Shown here one piece after another: positions 39,301 to 54,300 of a stretch of 64,000 nucleotides of DNA. Numbering within the stretch: position 1 is the stretch's first letter; the number at the start of each line of letters is the position of its first letter. The notes below the pieces were generated by a model. It had not been told where the DNA came from. It ran no database searches and saw only the letters and a program-made list of their open reading frames with translations. Position numbers and translations under genes: made by a program. Source of the stretch: Nageia nagi. Lineage: Eukaryota > Plantae > Pinophyta. The DNA is taken from the NCBI GenBank assembly GCA_050084985.1, contig JBITNC010000001.1, positions 99,758,001 through 99,822,000 on the forward strand, read 5' to 3'.

Positions 39301-42300
39301 AATACTAGTCATTGCAATAAAACCTCAGACACGATCAATGCGCGATTTTCTAAAGCTGCATGAACACTACGATGCACTATGTTATCCTGGAGATTGCTCG
39401 ATAGGGCATGAAACTGAGACACATCCATGACGGATAACTAAAAATAAAATACTTTAGCTCAAATCATAAATGCAAAGCGTCGAATGACAAATCTTTGTTT
39501 GGTAAAGTTGACACAATAAGGGCCATGCATATTGATGCTAAACTTACTGCATTATCTCTTGATGACTATCCCACCATGATTGATTATCTCACTAAATTTA
39601 AGGAGTTGTACACACAATTGTTGGGTAGTGGCAAAAAGAAGAAAGAGAAAGAATGCATTTATCTGATTTTATCAAAATTGAAAGGCCCATTCCATGTATT
39701 TGCTTCTACATTCCTCTCTACAATGGATGCTATGGGTGATAAATTCACAATGCCTAAGAAGAATTTTGTGAACCTCTTACAAGGGAAGAGACTACAATTT
39801 CAACTCTTAAAGCATCTTCATCTAAGGCATTAACAGCATCTAAAGGCAAAGGTAAGCCCAAGCCTAAGCCTAAGTCCACAACACCAGAGTCAACTCCAAA
39901 AGCCCATGACTCCAAATCCAATCAAGACGAAGAGAAGCCTACTTGTTCTTATTGTGGGAAGCTTGGTCATGTCATTTGAAAAATGTTACAAAAAAGATAA
40001 AAGATGATAAAAAGAAGCAAAACTTTGAAACTTCTCATGTATCAGGTAAGGCTTTGAATGTTCATGGGAAGGGACATTCAGTTTCAGAGAGTTGGGTTAT
40101 GGATTCAGGTGCCTTTCATCACATGACTCCATCCAAAGAATCTTTTACATCTCTTTGTTCTACTTCTACTTCTAGTATTTAGGTTGGTGATTCCTCTCAC
40201 ATTTCTGCGAAGGGGAAAGGGAACATTCCTTTTGGAGGTGGTCGCATCCTTGATGTGCTTTTGGTTCCTGGTCTCTCCACAAACCTTTTATATGTGTATC
40301 AGATTTGTAATACTGGTGGTGGAAGGACTGTTTTATTCACACCTCATGATTTTGAAATTCATAGTTTGTTGAAGCCACAGTCACTTCTTGCACGAGGTGT
40401 TGTTGACCATTCCTTGAGACTCTATCAATTTGAGGGATTTGATGATACTGCTTAAGGTACTGGGTTGGTTGCTCATGCGAATTCTGTGAGTAGACTTTGG
40501 CATGAGAGGTTTGGGCACCTCAAATATAGATATTTGTAGCAGTTGCATTCTCATGACATGGTCACTGGATTGCCTAAGGTGTCTTGTTCTTATGGTGTTT
40601 GCCCTGGTTGTGCCCTTGGTAAGCAACATCAAGACCCTTTTCCAAAAGACAAAGCTCATCGTGCATCTTCTCTTTTGGAGTTGGTACATAGTGACTTGAT
40701 GATTTTTCCACACCCATCCTTCACAGGAGCTCGGTATGCACTAACTTTCATTGATGATTTCTCAAGACGTACTTGGGTGTATTTTCTCAAGTATAAGAGT
40801 GATGTCTTTGCTCACTCAAAGTCTTCAAGGCTTTGGTAGAGAATCAGTCTTCCAGTTGCATCAAGAAGCTTCCTACAGACAATGGAGGGGAGTACTTCAA
40901 CATAGAGTTTTCAGAGTTCCTTGAGAAGCATGGAATAATTCATCAGCATTCTGTCCCTCACACTCCACAACAGAATGGAGTTGCAGAAAGAAAGAACAGA
41001 ACACTAAAGGAGATGGCCAATTGTATGATGCATTCCAAAGACTTGCCTCCTATTTTTTGGGTTGAGGTAGTCAATTGTGCGAACTACATCCAAAATCGCA
41101 CTCTCCATTGGGCACTTGATCACATGACTCCTGAAGAGGCTTGGAATGGAACCAAGCCAAATGTGTCATGCAACAGAGTATTTGGAAGTGCTTGGGCTTT
41201 CATTTCGAAGACCAAGCGTAAGGCCTTGGATAAGAAGAGCAAGTCTCTCATCTTTGTTGGTTATAGTGAGGATATGAAGGCATATCAATTGATTGATCCT
41301 GACACCCATGATCTTTTTTCCCACACTCATGTTCAGTTTGATGAACGCCTTCCTGATCCTCCCTCTTCATCTCCTTCCTCGGTGTTACCTGACTCCCGTG
41401 ACAAATCTTCTGAGGTCTTTCATAAGGAGGATATTCCTAAGGTTGTTGCTCCCATAGCAACTATTGATCCTCCTACACCTCCACCACCTGATGTTGCTGC
41501 TACACGTCTTGTTGATGTTGCATCTTCTTTCATTGCTAGTAGTTGCATGCCCAAATGGGCTCGCTCCACACTTGAGGATGTATCACCTTTCATCCAGGAT
41601 CTCCCTCCTTCCTACTGCTATTCCACCGGTTCTAGTCTAGTTGATCAGGCACATTCAAATGATCCACAGACTTTTTCAAAGGTTCATGGTATACCGAAGT
41701 GGGATGATGCCATGGCGGCTGAGAATTCTTCCTTGTTGAAGAATAATACTTAGGAGCTTGTTTCTCTTCCCCATGGGAGGAAGTTGGTTCAATGTAAATG
41801 GGTGTACCGAAACAAGTATGCAATTGATGGTTCTATTGACAAGTATAAGGCTCATCTTGTTGCTAAGAGGTTCTCACAAGTTGAAGGGATTGACTACTTT
41901 GAGACCTTTGCCCTTGTGGCCAAGATGGATTCAGTTCGCCATGTACTTGCTCTTGCTGTTGTTTAGAGATGGTTAGTATTTCAGATGGATGTGAAAAGCA
42001 CCTTTTTGCATGATGATTTGCATGAGATCTATATGAAGCAACCTGCCAGTTTTGTCCAAGATTCTTCACTTGTTTGTAGGCTTAGAAAAACTCTCTATGG
42101 CCTCAAACAAGCTCCTCGGGCATGGTACGAGAAGATGAACTCTTTCCTTTTCTCCTTTGATTTTGTACGGTGTTCCTTTGATCCTACAGTCTATATTTGG
42201 AGACATGGAGCTAATACCACTATTTTGGTGTTGTGTGTTGATGACCTTCTTCTCACCGGCACCTCCTACTCTCACATTCAGAAAGTTCAGCAGGTTCTCT

Positions 42301-45300
42301 CTGAGAGATTTGAGATGGCAAACCTTGGACTTGCCCATTACTTTCTTGGTTTTCAGGTGACAGACAAATTTAGGGATTTCCATATCAGCAGAAATATGTC
42401 TTGGATCTTCTTCAATGGTTTAGGATGGTGGATTGCAATCCTTCTTAGACACCTTTTCAAAGTGGGGTGACTTTGACTTTTACTTGCACTTCACCACTAT
42501 GCGATGCTACTTTTTATTGCCAGTTGGTTAGGAGTCTTCTATACCTCACCTATACTTGACCAAATATTCCATATGTTGTTGGGCTTGTTTCTCGATTTGC
42601 ACAGACCCCTCATGAGTCTCATTGCTAGGCAGCCAAGAGGATTCTTCGATATGTGAGGGGCACTACCCACTTCAGTCTGCATTACACGAGAGGTGATCCA
42701 GTGTTGATTGGATATACAGATTCTAATTGGGTTGGTTCTTCTAATGATCGTCATTCCACTTTTGGCTATGTATTTTGTCTTGGTACTTCTCCCATCGCTT
42801 GGTCGTGCAAGAAACAGCAAGCTATTGCACTATCATCGATTGAGGCAGATTATAGATTAGTTGTTTATGCAAGTCAGGAGGCACTTTGGCTTTGACAGTT
42901 ATTGGAGGAGTTTGGCTACCCCTAGTCTCGGACCACAATTCTTTGGTGTGACAACCAGAGCACGATCCACATTTCGCGCAATCCTGTTGAGCATCAACGC
43001 ACCAAACACATTGAGATCCACATGCACTTCATCCATCAGCATATTCAGGATCGAATTCTCAACTTGGAGTACATACCCACAAAGCAGCAGACCGTGGACA
43101 TCTTCACTAAATCCTTTGCATCGCCTCGTTTCCTTGAGTTGCATGGCTTGCTTGGGGTGCAGGAAGTTGTCCTTGGGGGGTGTTGATGAGGACATCTTGG
43201 TCTCCATCCTCCTTCTGCTGTGAGATGTTTTTTTCCCCATGTGGTTTTTTCATCATCTTTCAATAGATTCTTTGCACATATTGTACATGAGTACTTGATC
43301 AGGCCTTGTTGCTGGGACTCATTTCTATGGATGTGCCATTTTACCTCCTTGTTCACTTAAGGGGGGGTGTTAGAGTATTAAGTTCACTTATGAGTATTTA
43401 ATTATTTCCTAGGTCTTATTTCTAGCTAGTTTGTTATGGTGATAACCACTTCTTTGTCACTTTGTGGATTTTCCCGTTCATGCATGATTGGCATACGTTT
43501 GTACTCTAGCTTGTATTTGCCCTATTTATTTGGGCTTAATTCTCATTTCATTTTGATCAGTTTTGATTAAGCTTCTTCCAAATTTGTGGTGTTGCGCATT
43601 TTCTACGTTCTTGGGTTGGCTCCTCGGATCACCACTTGTCACTGTGGGATTCCTGCCCTCCTACCAAATCCTACTTTTTGTTTGGGAGTTAACAAGTGGC
43701 TAACTAAAATTAAGATTGATGAGTTAGCATAACATGATTGGATGAAATCTCATTTATGGTGAAAATCCAGGTGTCTTTTCACCACATAAGCCACCACTCA
43801 ACCAATGATTGACCCTTTGCAAATTGCCATGTGCTCCTACAAGGACCAAACTGCATCACTAGAGTAATCTCAAGACAACACAGCACTTTGTCATGTGTCT
43901 CTTGATGGACCCATTCACATTGATGGCTCCTCAATCTACAAATTCCTCTTGGCTGACTTCTTGGGCTGCCAAGAAATTTAAACACGACTAGAGACCAGTC
44001 AAACACTGCAACAAGTTCTCACCACACCTTTGTGGGCCTTCCTTGAGGCACCATTTACAATGGTGTACTAACAACACTATTCCTTTGGGATGTTGCTTCT
44101 GTCCAATCCTTTGGTGGATCCTCCTCAGTTGACCAGTCGCATGATGACCTTGTTTATGAACAATTAGAGCAGAGCATCTTGCCTTTCAGCATCTAGTTAC
44201 AACACATAGTTGACTAGCTACGGCCAATTCCACCTCTAGGTGAGAAATAAGAAATCACTTTCATCACTCCTTGTCAACTCATTTACTTTGTGAAATGTCT
44301 GACGGGATACTTTGCACGAGATTCCATTTTCAAAATTTCAATTTCTTTCCAATTTTCACCAAATTTGACTCCTAAATTTGGAGGTTGAGTAAGTTTTTGC
44401 CAAAAGTGCAAAACAATATTCACTCCCCTCACCCCACCCCTAAAAAACAATTTTCACATGAAACCCATTGGAAATTCTTCCAAAAATGTCCCATTTGAAA
44501 AAACTCAAAGGGCCAAATCTCTCAAAGTTGACCGCTTCGAGCACCAATAATTAGAGGGAAAGCTCATCACAAATTAGTCCGTCTTTTGAAATGATCAGAT
44601 TTCCAAGATTCCTCCAAATACATTTGTAACAAGAGTTTCTCTAAAAAAATAAATAACTTCTATAAGAGAAATATAATGCAACACTTCAGGAAGAAAAATA
44701 CAGTAACTATGTTAGTTGTGCATGATTGTCTGTGTCCTAGGTTATGAACTATAAAGCCATTACCAGAGGAAAATAAAAAACAAAACTGCAACTTATATGA
44801 GCTTCGGACTTTATCAAATCTGTTTACATATGGAAAATGTAAAAACATAACAAACTGACATACTGCTGAGACTTAATAGCCAAGGAAGATATATTCAACC
44901 ACTTGGAAGAAAACGGTCCAGAAGAAGGCTTATACTGTTATACCATGCATTACAACAAGAACTTTACTTTGAACTTTAATAAAGGATTCTTGATATGACC
45001 ACAATTATTAATCATGTGCTGTGCTCTTAAACTATGGGCATTACATATTGCATTCAAATAACAATATTTCATTTCTGCTCCCATGATGCACACAAAAAAG
45101 TACTTAACACTAACCAGTAAATGCTCAGTCCAGAAGGCACAGAAAGAGAGAAATAACCAATAATGAGAGGAAGAAACTTTAGTATAATCTGTGTGTTCTT
45201 TTGACTTGGGTCATCAACCTGAAACAATAGCCCAAGACAGAATTACATAAATAAAACTCAATGAAGATAATACATGTTCTCTGTTCTGTACCAAATTTAG

Positions 45301-48300
45301 CACCAAAGAAATCCTCTTGGATAAGATCAAAATTTGAATTATGAACGAATTGATCATGCTGAAATATTATCTAACATTGAAATTACATACCTGAGGGGTC
45401 TGCATGATTTGCATTGATACATACTGAGAACCAACAAGTAGAACTGGCAAAACAAGATAAGCAAGGGTGTCTGACCAACCAAGTGGTGGATGACCATCCT
45501 GCAAATACCAAAACCAATTCTTTGAATCAGAGGATTTTAATCACATTCCACTTTTCTTTGTAAGCAAATACACAGATTACCCACTTCTAAGTTTTAATAT
45601 GGTAATTATTGGTAAAAAGTGGGAGACTTCACATCGTATGAAATACAAACAATATAGTGAACTGAATGTGCTTAAGGACAATTTTCAGCAGTCATATGTT
45701 TGTCCAAGGAAGGTGAATTGGTAAAGCAGGTAATTTCCATTGTCGAGGCCCAAGTTCAAATTCCAGCACTCTTGCTAGACATGTTACGGAGTTTAAGTAC
45801 CCTTCTCCAAAATTTAAAATGAGGTTTAACAATAAACCAAAAAAACTTTCAACAGTCATATCTTCCCCAATACTTCTTGAACACGACCCTATTCAGAAAC
45901 ATCAAATCTCTCATTAGCCAAGCAAATGTGAACCAAATCCGACTCCCTTGTAAGAAGAAAATCTTATGGAAAAAAAGAGAAAATCAAAGAAAGCTGTTTT
46001 CTAGTTATTAAGAACTACTTTCCTACTTTCCCAAATTATTGCTCTGATAACACTTACAGAAACAAAGTAAAAAAATGTTCAAATGTCAAAAGTCATGGGC
46101 ATGCATGTACAAAAATGATGGAGAAAGGTATACATATTACAAATAATTAATAAATCTAAAATACATTTATGCAGCATTACGCCTTACAATAATCTTGAAG
46201 GAACACTAGAGTCTAGAAGATCCCCAAATATAAGCATACGGTACAAAACAATATCAATATCCCAAATGGATATTTTTCTTATAGCGAATGTTTCTAAATA
46301 ACCCACTAGTCAATCTTCAGGGAGGTACTTGGACGTTAAGCTTGACTTGATGGTTAAGTATAATATTTTTTATTATTATTATTATATTATGAGTCATACC
46401 TTCTATTGAGGGAACCTTTTGTACCTCCTACTATGGTAACCTTCTAGATGAATTAGTTTATTTATATCTATAATACATATAAGCAATCAGTCGGCCAACT
46501 TGGACAAGGTTATGTTGCCACATGTCGGCTGCTCTAAAACCATAATTATATCATAATATGGTAGCATAGGCCTATTTCATTATGGCTTTTGTATAGCACT
46601 GACTTGTCAGCTGTTTAGTTCTGACATGCCTACGGTTATCCAATTTACTGAGGATGTGCATAGCCTTCTTACTAGCTTTTCAACCAAACATGATATCTCA
46701 ATCAGAGATCTGGTTCAAAACAGACTCTGAGTCCATACACTATTCCACAATGAAATGAATATATGTTCCTGTCAATAGAGTACAGTATGCATTATAATTC
46801 ATTATTATTTGGTTCTAGATTCGTTGTTTTGACTATTTATTCACCATACTATTTAGTCTTGTGATCTTCATTATCCGTATACTAACCCATGATTGCTGGT
46901 TCCTTAACCTTTATCGTTTAATAATTACACAAAATAAAAAGCAATGCAAGGTAGTGGACATCACTTGAACACGATTATGCTTGAGTAGTCCAATGACATA
47001 AAATACAAGCTTTGATATCATTCTTTCATTAATGTATGTTTGATTGTAGGACCAAAATGGATATTGTACTACTAAAGCTAATTCTTAGTCCAAACTAGTC
47101 AAGTAGGCTTAGTTCAGCTGCCATGTAGTAGTCCTTCGTTCACTGCAAGCCAGCTTATCAACTTGTTCAGCCTAATACAAGCATGTTAGCTCTGAACAAA
47201 CATTGTTTCTTGTTTATTTCCATTAGCATGATTGATATACAAGGGATCAAAATGGTTCATGGAAACACCCAAGTGTTGCTCACATTTAGTAAGCTTGATA
47301 GCTATGTAATCATGTTTACTATCGTTTGTGACTAAATGTTTCTGTTACCATGTTAAGAAACCAACTAACATATGAAAAGAGTACCAATGAGGCAAAAGTC
47401 ATTTGCTAAGAAAGTTATGAGCACTATAAGAAAATTAAAAAAACAAGTTTATGGCATTTCATGCTTTCATTAGTTGGATACTTAGGCAAGAGAGCTCTTG
47501 AATATAGAAAACTGAAAGACAATGAAAGTTGAAAATACAGAACATTGCCACCCAACAAGGGCATTGTAAAAATATCATTACAAATAAAACACTTGCAAGA
47601 AATGGTTGTCTTACCATCTTGATGTATCTTCCAGTAGTCCTAAAATGAAAATTTGTATGTTACGCATATATGTGTTTCAGAAACTACATGGGGCTTTGGA
47701 CTGTTATTCTTATAAGTAGAATCTGATTCAGCAATCTATATATATTTATTGACCTATGACTCTGGCTGACATCTCAGAAGTTTATGTGTCTTTGATATCA
47801 CAAATGTTTTCACCAAATATGTCCAGAAATAATATTCAATACATGTAACCAAAGGCAAGATCAGAACTCACTCATATGAGAAAAGTACACAGCCATTGAG
47901 GATGTGAGAAACTTTGCATCTAATAATGGTTTTGAATTATTAGGATTCAAACGAAACACTTGAATATAATATTATGAATTGCTGATAATCATGCACACAC
48001 CTAAATGACCAAATATATAAACCGTAGCTTTCAGCATTTTGGATCACTAGAGCATTTTATAGAACATGTCCATACAAACGACTCATCAAGGATAAACATT
48101 AAAAGATGTCTAGAGAAGAGAGTATTGGAATAGACCAAACCCTGGTACATTACATCTTATTACTCAAACTTTCAGAAAACTTTATATTCACCGCTATCCA
48201 TGACAGATAAGTCTGCCTTTCACCATTTGGTACCCCGCATAGACAATGTGAAAACGTTTAAAATTGGACATCTCCATCACAATATGAATAGTGTTATCAG

Positions 48301-51300
48301 ACTTCGCAAGTGATTGAAAAACTTGCTTAGTCCACGCTGACTTGTAATTGGCTTACCAATTTTTGGCAAATAAAAAATTGCAAACTCACGAGTCTTTAGC
48401 ACAATTATGCAAATTCACAAAATTCTCCCAATTTTTTAAAAAAAAACATTACTTTCATATTATTTATTTACTGAGATTTAGTTAAACTACAATATAACAA
48501 AGAAAAATATGCTTCTATATGACTAGTGCAATTTTGAAGAAGAGATAAATTGAACACAAAAGCAACGCACATTGACGAAACTATATTCTTGATCTAACAA
48601 ACTTTTCTTGACTGTAGATTCAAAATCTTATGTAATCTCATTGTTTAAAACCTCAAATTCCATAAATGTGAGATTTCGTTTACATATTTTTTAGAAGATG
48701 ATAGCTTTTTAACAATGAAATGTGATAAATTTCTGAGTCATTTATCACTGAGAAATTGTTTGTCTTCATAGATCATTGCTTGTCTAACTAATGATCTATA
48801 AAGACAAACAATTTCATTGAAATGACAAAATGATCTTAACATATTTAACTAATGATCTATAAAAACAAACAATTTCTCAGTCATTGAAATGATAAAATGA
48901 TCTTTACTGATGTGTGAAAACAATTTACAGCACACTTCATGTTCTGAATCAATACTGATCAATGTAATTACCACAAATGGGAAAAGCCATGAAATGGCAG
49001 TTCCACTTTGTCGGGCAGCAATCGTAATTGGTCCAGCTAAAGAGGGAACCCAAAAGAAACCTTCTGTCAAAAGGCCCTTCAATCAAAGACCATAAACGAA
49101 AGTTCAGAAAGAAAGTTTAAATAAACTGCACATATATTGTTTTCAAATTGATATTTTTCAATTCGCAATGGACCTTAAGGAAACATGTAAAGAAGACAGA
49201 TCCTTTCCATTTTTCCCTCATTAAACATACACTATTACCTCATTAGCCACATTAGACAGAGCCTGATACAGTCCAATCCAAACAGGCATTGTAGCAAGTG
49301 TAGGAAGACATCCTGTTTATATTACAATAAAAATCAATCAGAATGATATTAGTGAAAATTTGAAGTTAAAATCTGAGAAGTTTAGGTAAATGGATCAGCT
49401 TTAGTTGCTAAAATGATACAAAGTCCTCAAGATTTTTCATCTTTGCAAAGCTAAGTCTACAGTCTTGTGAATTACAAAACATCCTCATTATCTGCATCTG
49501 ACGATTACTGAACATTTAACTACAGCCCAAACAGAACTATATAAAACGGGAATATAATACAGCTAGTCTTGAGCATCACAAAGTAGAAAAAGATACATAC
49601 ATTTGAAGAGAACATGAATCAATATCCCTTAGACTGGAGTTGAATTTCTAAAGTATTGAAGTATACAAGAAGGGTTATGTCAGGTGAGCCATCACTGATC
49701 ATTAGGAGAAAATGTTGTACACATTCCATGTTTAAAAATAATCATCAAGCAGTTTTAAATAATCAAACTCAGACTTGTGTAAGTTCCAATGAAGCTATGA
49801 ATCAGGTACCCAACCCTTTTCTCGACTCTTTGATAGGAAAAATGCTGCCTTGGCGATTCTCAAGTTATTAAAATCATCTGTTGCTTAATCTGGAAGGGAA
49901 GAAATTTATTGACATGTTCCAGGAGACCAGATAGGTTGAAGGGAAGGAAAAATACTGTGATGAGGACAAGGCACACATGATACTGTTGGGATGCTTTTCT
50001 TTCCTGCGCGGGACACTCTAAATATCGCGGGTGGAACTTAGGAGATCCCATGCAACATAGTTGGGAATGCGTTACCAATTCCCCAGTTGAAAAGGACTAT
50101 GTAGCTCCAAGGCTCTTGTCGAAACACTTTGCCCGGAAACCCCAACGTCGTGACATTGTAAGGTTTGTTCGCCTGGTGTGTTTTCTGAATAGGGATAGAT
50201 TAATAAAAAAGGTGTGGTATCCCTCTTTGGAATCAGCCTCAATGGAATGGAATGAGAGGTATGTAGTTTGTTAACCAACGATGTTTTATTCTTTGATGTA
50301 TAGAGTTTGTTTGAAACTTTTGTGTGTGGATTTAACGATCATATTTGGTATGAAAGCATAAAGAAAGTGTAAAGGCAATGCTGTAAAAGGTGAAGGACGA
50401 CACCTTGGAGAAAGAAGGGATACTTGGTCAGGTATGAGGTTGAGGTTCATTGACAGGAAAGTGTCTAAGAGTTGATCTCTTCCGAATCGGTTAAAGACTC
50501 TTCATCCAACTTTGCAAGCAAACAACTTAACATTCGAATTGCTTCAAAGAGGAGAAAGAGGAACGTCAAATGGGTGGAAACGGAAAGTTTCAACATGGGT
50601 GGATCACGGTTTTGGATGGACTTAAAAAGATGTCATAGAAGTAGAAATCTAACATAGAATACCCAATCAACTTGCATGTTAAGGATCGAGCAACAAGCAT
50701 AGATAGGCTTCAAGCACTTTTAAAGTTTTTCAAAGATAACTTCCCTAAAGCTCATGAGCTTTCAAAGGAATAAAACGGAAGTACACAAAACCACTATGAG
50801 AGCCCCCAAAGAATCAATCAATAACACCAATGTGAAAAGTTTCAAACTCAAGTCTTTGCTTTAACCACTTTGTATTAATTTGAAAAAGAGTTGTGCAAGG
50901 ATACATCAATTTGCTACTCTCTTACAAAAGTTCTCTCTTCAATCTTGAAGTGTTTTGCTTCAAAATGAAGTCCTTCCAAAAATGAGACCCTTGGTCTCTT
51001 ACTTATAGAGTTTGGAAACCCTAAAAATGACTTTTGAAACCCTAGAAATGAGTTTCAAAACCCTAACCCTAATTGCGAAATTAAAAGCTAATTAAAAATG
51101 CTAAATAGAGATTACAAGTGGACTTAGTGGAAATCCACTAAGTTAGCCAAATATTTGGCTTACATATCAAAAACTTGCCAAAATAGACCCCTTTCTATTC
51201 TGGCGATTGTGGGAAGATGACTTGCACGTTTGTGGCGATTTTGGTTTTAAAGTCATCTCCCATGAACGCTTCTATGTTCCTGATGGCATAGTGGATTGTC

Positions 51301-54300
51301 TAGAGGGCTCCTTTGTTTAATAGCAGGTGCTCTAGGATAGCCTTATTGGTTTTGACCATTTCTTTGCTCCAATCAGCCAATCTCATCCCTCTTGTCATTT
51401 GTTTTCCTGTTTTCAGGCTGTGTGGATCCTCGGAACATATCTGCTCTGTGATAGTGGCGTGGATCATTGTCATCACTGTCATATACTCCTTAATGTTGTC
51501 GTTTTCCTCAAACAAGGGTACCTGGAATTCGTATTCCCTTACCTGTTCACTGATGACGGCTTTGAGTTGGGTTCTAGTGCATATGAAGTCGATGGAATTG
51601 GTTTTGATATAGAACAAGCAATCGTATAGTTAGAACCAATCTATACAAAAATCCAACGTGAAAGGATGATGGGTTGCCCTTCTCCTTAGGTCTAGCATTG
51701 TAGGGTACCCATTCTTCCATCTGATGATTAATTGGTCTATTTTCTCCGCTTGAGAATGCGACCCCTCCTCCTCAATATAAAAATTTACCATGCTTGAGTG
51801 GAGTACTTTGATGGCCTCAATAAGGTTCTTGGTCCATCTTTGTTTCAAGGCGGTGATTCCAATATTTAAGTCAACCTGCTTTTTGATGTCTTCAACTGTC
51901 AAATTAGCAACCCTGACTTCTTTGTCGATCATTTCCTACCTCGCCACTATCTTCTTCAGCTCCCGATTCTCTAACTTCAATAGCGTACTAGATTGCCTCA
52001 ATGCTCGGGCATTTGTGATGATGTTGTGCTCCATTCCCAAGGGGCCAACAATCTCTGCAGGGACCTCTTCTGTCTCAACGATGAGGGCAAAACTTTCCGG
52101 TACCAGCCTTGTTTTTCCTTGAGTAGATCTTGTTCTTGTAGGTGACTTTTCCTAGAGTGGTGATAAGAGTATCAGTCTACTGAAGTTCCTCATTTTCATC
52201 TTCGAAATCTTCTCCTTCGCAGGGATGATTTGAACTCAAACTAGCCATCACTGCAGCCATGTCGAAGCGGGGTTCCATAGGTTGTTTTCATTAGGGAACC
52301 ATCTTTCCGTCTTCGATGATCTCGACGTCATGCTCTACTTGTCTTCTTTTTCTCCTCTGTTCTTCATTTTCTCCCTCATCCTCTTGATTTCCATCATCTC
52401 CCCCTGAAGATGATGCCATTATCTTGGGTCTTGAAGTACCCTTCTAAGCTGATGTTGTTGTGGTCCTCCGAGATGGTGGCATTTGCGACGCCTATTTCTG
52501 AGGAGCAAATTTTGGGGTATTTGTTCCTGTTGCTTGTTGTACAATCATATCGACTGAGGGATTGCCTTCGCTAAGGATCTCTACTGAATGATCAATGTTG
52601 ACCCGCTCAAAGGCAGTATCTTGGTTTATCTCCATGTCAGTATTGATGACTCCAACAAAATCCATCTCTTCATCGATCTCTGACGAGTCACTCGGTCCAT
52701 ATTTATCGGAACTGGATGATGATGTGCAGGGGTTTTGATTCAGGCGCATACCACTCCGATTCAAACCTTGCATGAGATTTATCTTTTTCTACAAGTGTTT
52801 GAATGGTTGAGAGATCAGGCTTGCTCTTCTAAGGTCCAAGATTTCATTCCTCATACTCATGACAGTTGTTTCAATGGTTTGTTCGAGGATGCTATTGATA
52901 GCATACTGCCCGTTCTGTCCTTGAGCCAAGGTTACTAAAGGGGATATTATGGGAATAATATACCTGTGGCTCGGGGGTACGGTGACCTGTGCATTAGCTC
53001 TTAACCTGGTAGCTTCTTCGGCTTCATGCTGTTTTTATTCTTTTTTCAGCTCCTTGTGAATCCATCAAACCTGCAGGGCATCCTGAATGTTCCTGTACCT
53101 CTCGATGCTACCAAGGGACTGGTGTGGGTATGATGAGCTCCAAGTCTTCTGGAAGAATGCATCAATCACTCCATCAAGATCATAGTGATCCGCAACTACT
53201 TCTATCGGGAATTCATACAATGCTAGCTCTTGTTTGATCATTTCAATCTGTCACCAAGTGGTGCATTCATAATTCCCGATGACAATAGGTAATTGGTAAG
53301 TAGTCGCTGCATTCTTTGCCCATACCTTGTCGTGTATGTTTAGCAAGAGTCTTGAAAATTCCATAACGATGATAAGATCACTTGCATAACGAGTTAGCCT
53401 GTAAGGGGCTTCTTTGGAGCCATAGACCCTGAGGTAGGTGAACTCTATGTCATCTGCAAAGAAGTTCGCATGTCCCTTGATAGCGGCACTAGCCTCTTTG
53501 GATATTCTGAATACGTTGATTCTGCCTAAGATCTCTTCGTAAATTTTGCCTTCAAAACCATCGATCATCATCGTCCAGTTTCCAGTATTCCATTTATTAT
53601 GAGCATAAAACCGAGGGTAATTTTTCCACACTAGATGTGTAGGGTTGTACAGATACTAGGTATTGGCAATTGAAGTTACCCTTCCCTACCATGACGGAGT
53701 AGGAAAACTAGGTAGGAGTTCATATAGAATTTCTTGCTCTTTTGAATGTGTTTTAGTTGCTGAGCCAAGGAATCACTAATTACTCTGCTCCACCTAACAC
53801 CTATACCGCTACTGATTAGCTCTATAAACCCCGTGAATTCCGGCCAGAATTTGTTGTCATATTTCTGTCTGGTCACTCTGGAAAGCATGGATATTAGTCT
53901 GGAGACTACTAGATAGAACTCTCCTCTGTTTGGCGTTGCCAAGGCTCTCCCTATGAGATGCTTGTGGTCATCGGCCAACCAATCTTTGATCAAATCAGTT
54001 GGAGGTTTCAGACCCTTGTAGAACTTCAAGAAGTCTTGCATGTTGTATGATAGGCCTTCGCCCTTCCAAGCGAATGCCCTTTCTATTCCTTCCTTAGAGA
54101 AGTCCATGATTACCTCGTTTCTTCTATCAAGGAGTCTTCACTCTCGGATGTCGCAATGCTTTCCTAGCTCGTAGCATAGCTCAGGGAAGGGGGTGGCAAA
54201 TGGCACCATAGAAGCTAATAGTAGTAAGGAAGTTTTCAAGGTGTCCTTCACTATCGAAGCTAGATCCAATGTATGTATTTTCATTAAAGTTTTAATTGGA

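Noticed and set aside
34425-43694. A single intact Copia element bounded by two LTRs
   Set aside because: The two LTRs are unrelated beyond 7 bp, there is no TSD, and gag is 5'-truncated.
46300-46900. Possible old Copia 3' end or solo LTR
   Set aside because: Only a PPT-like CAGGGAGG; no convincing termini or TSD.
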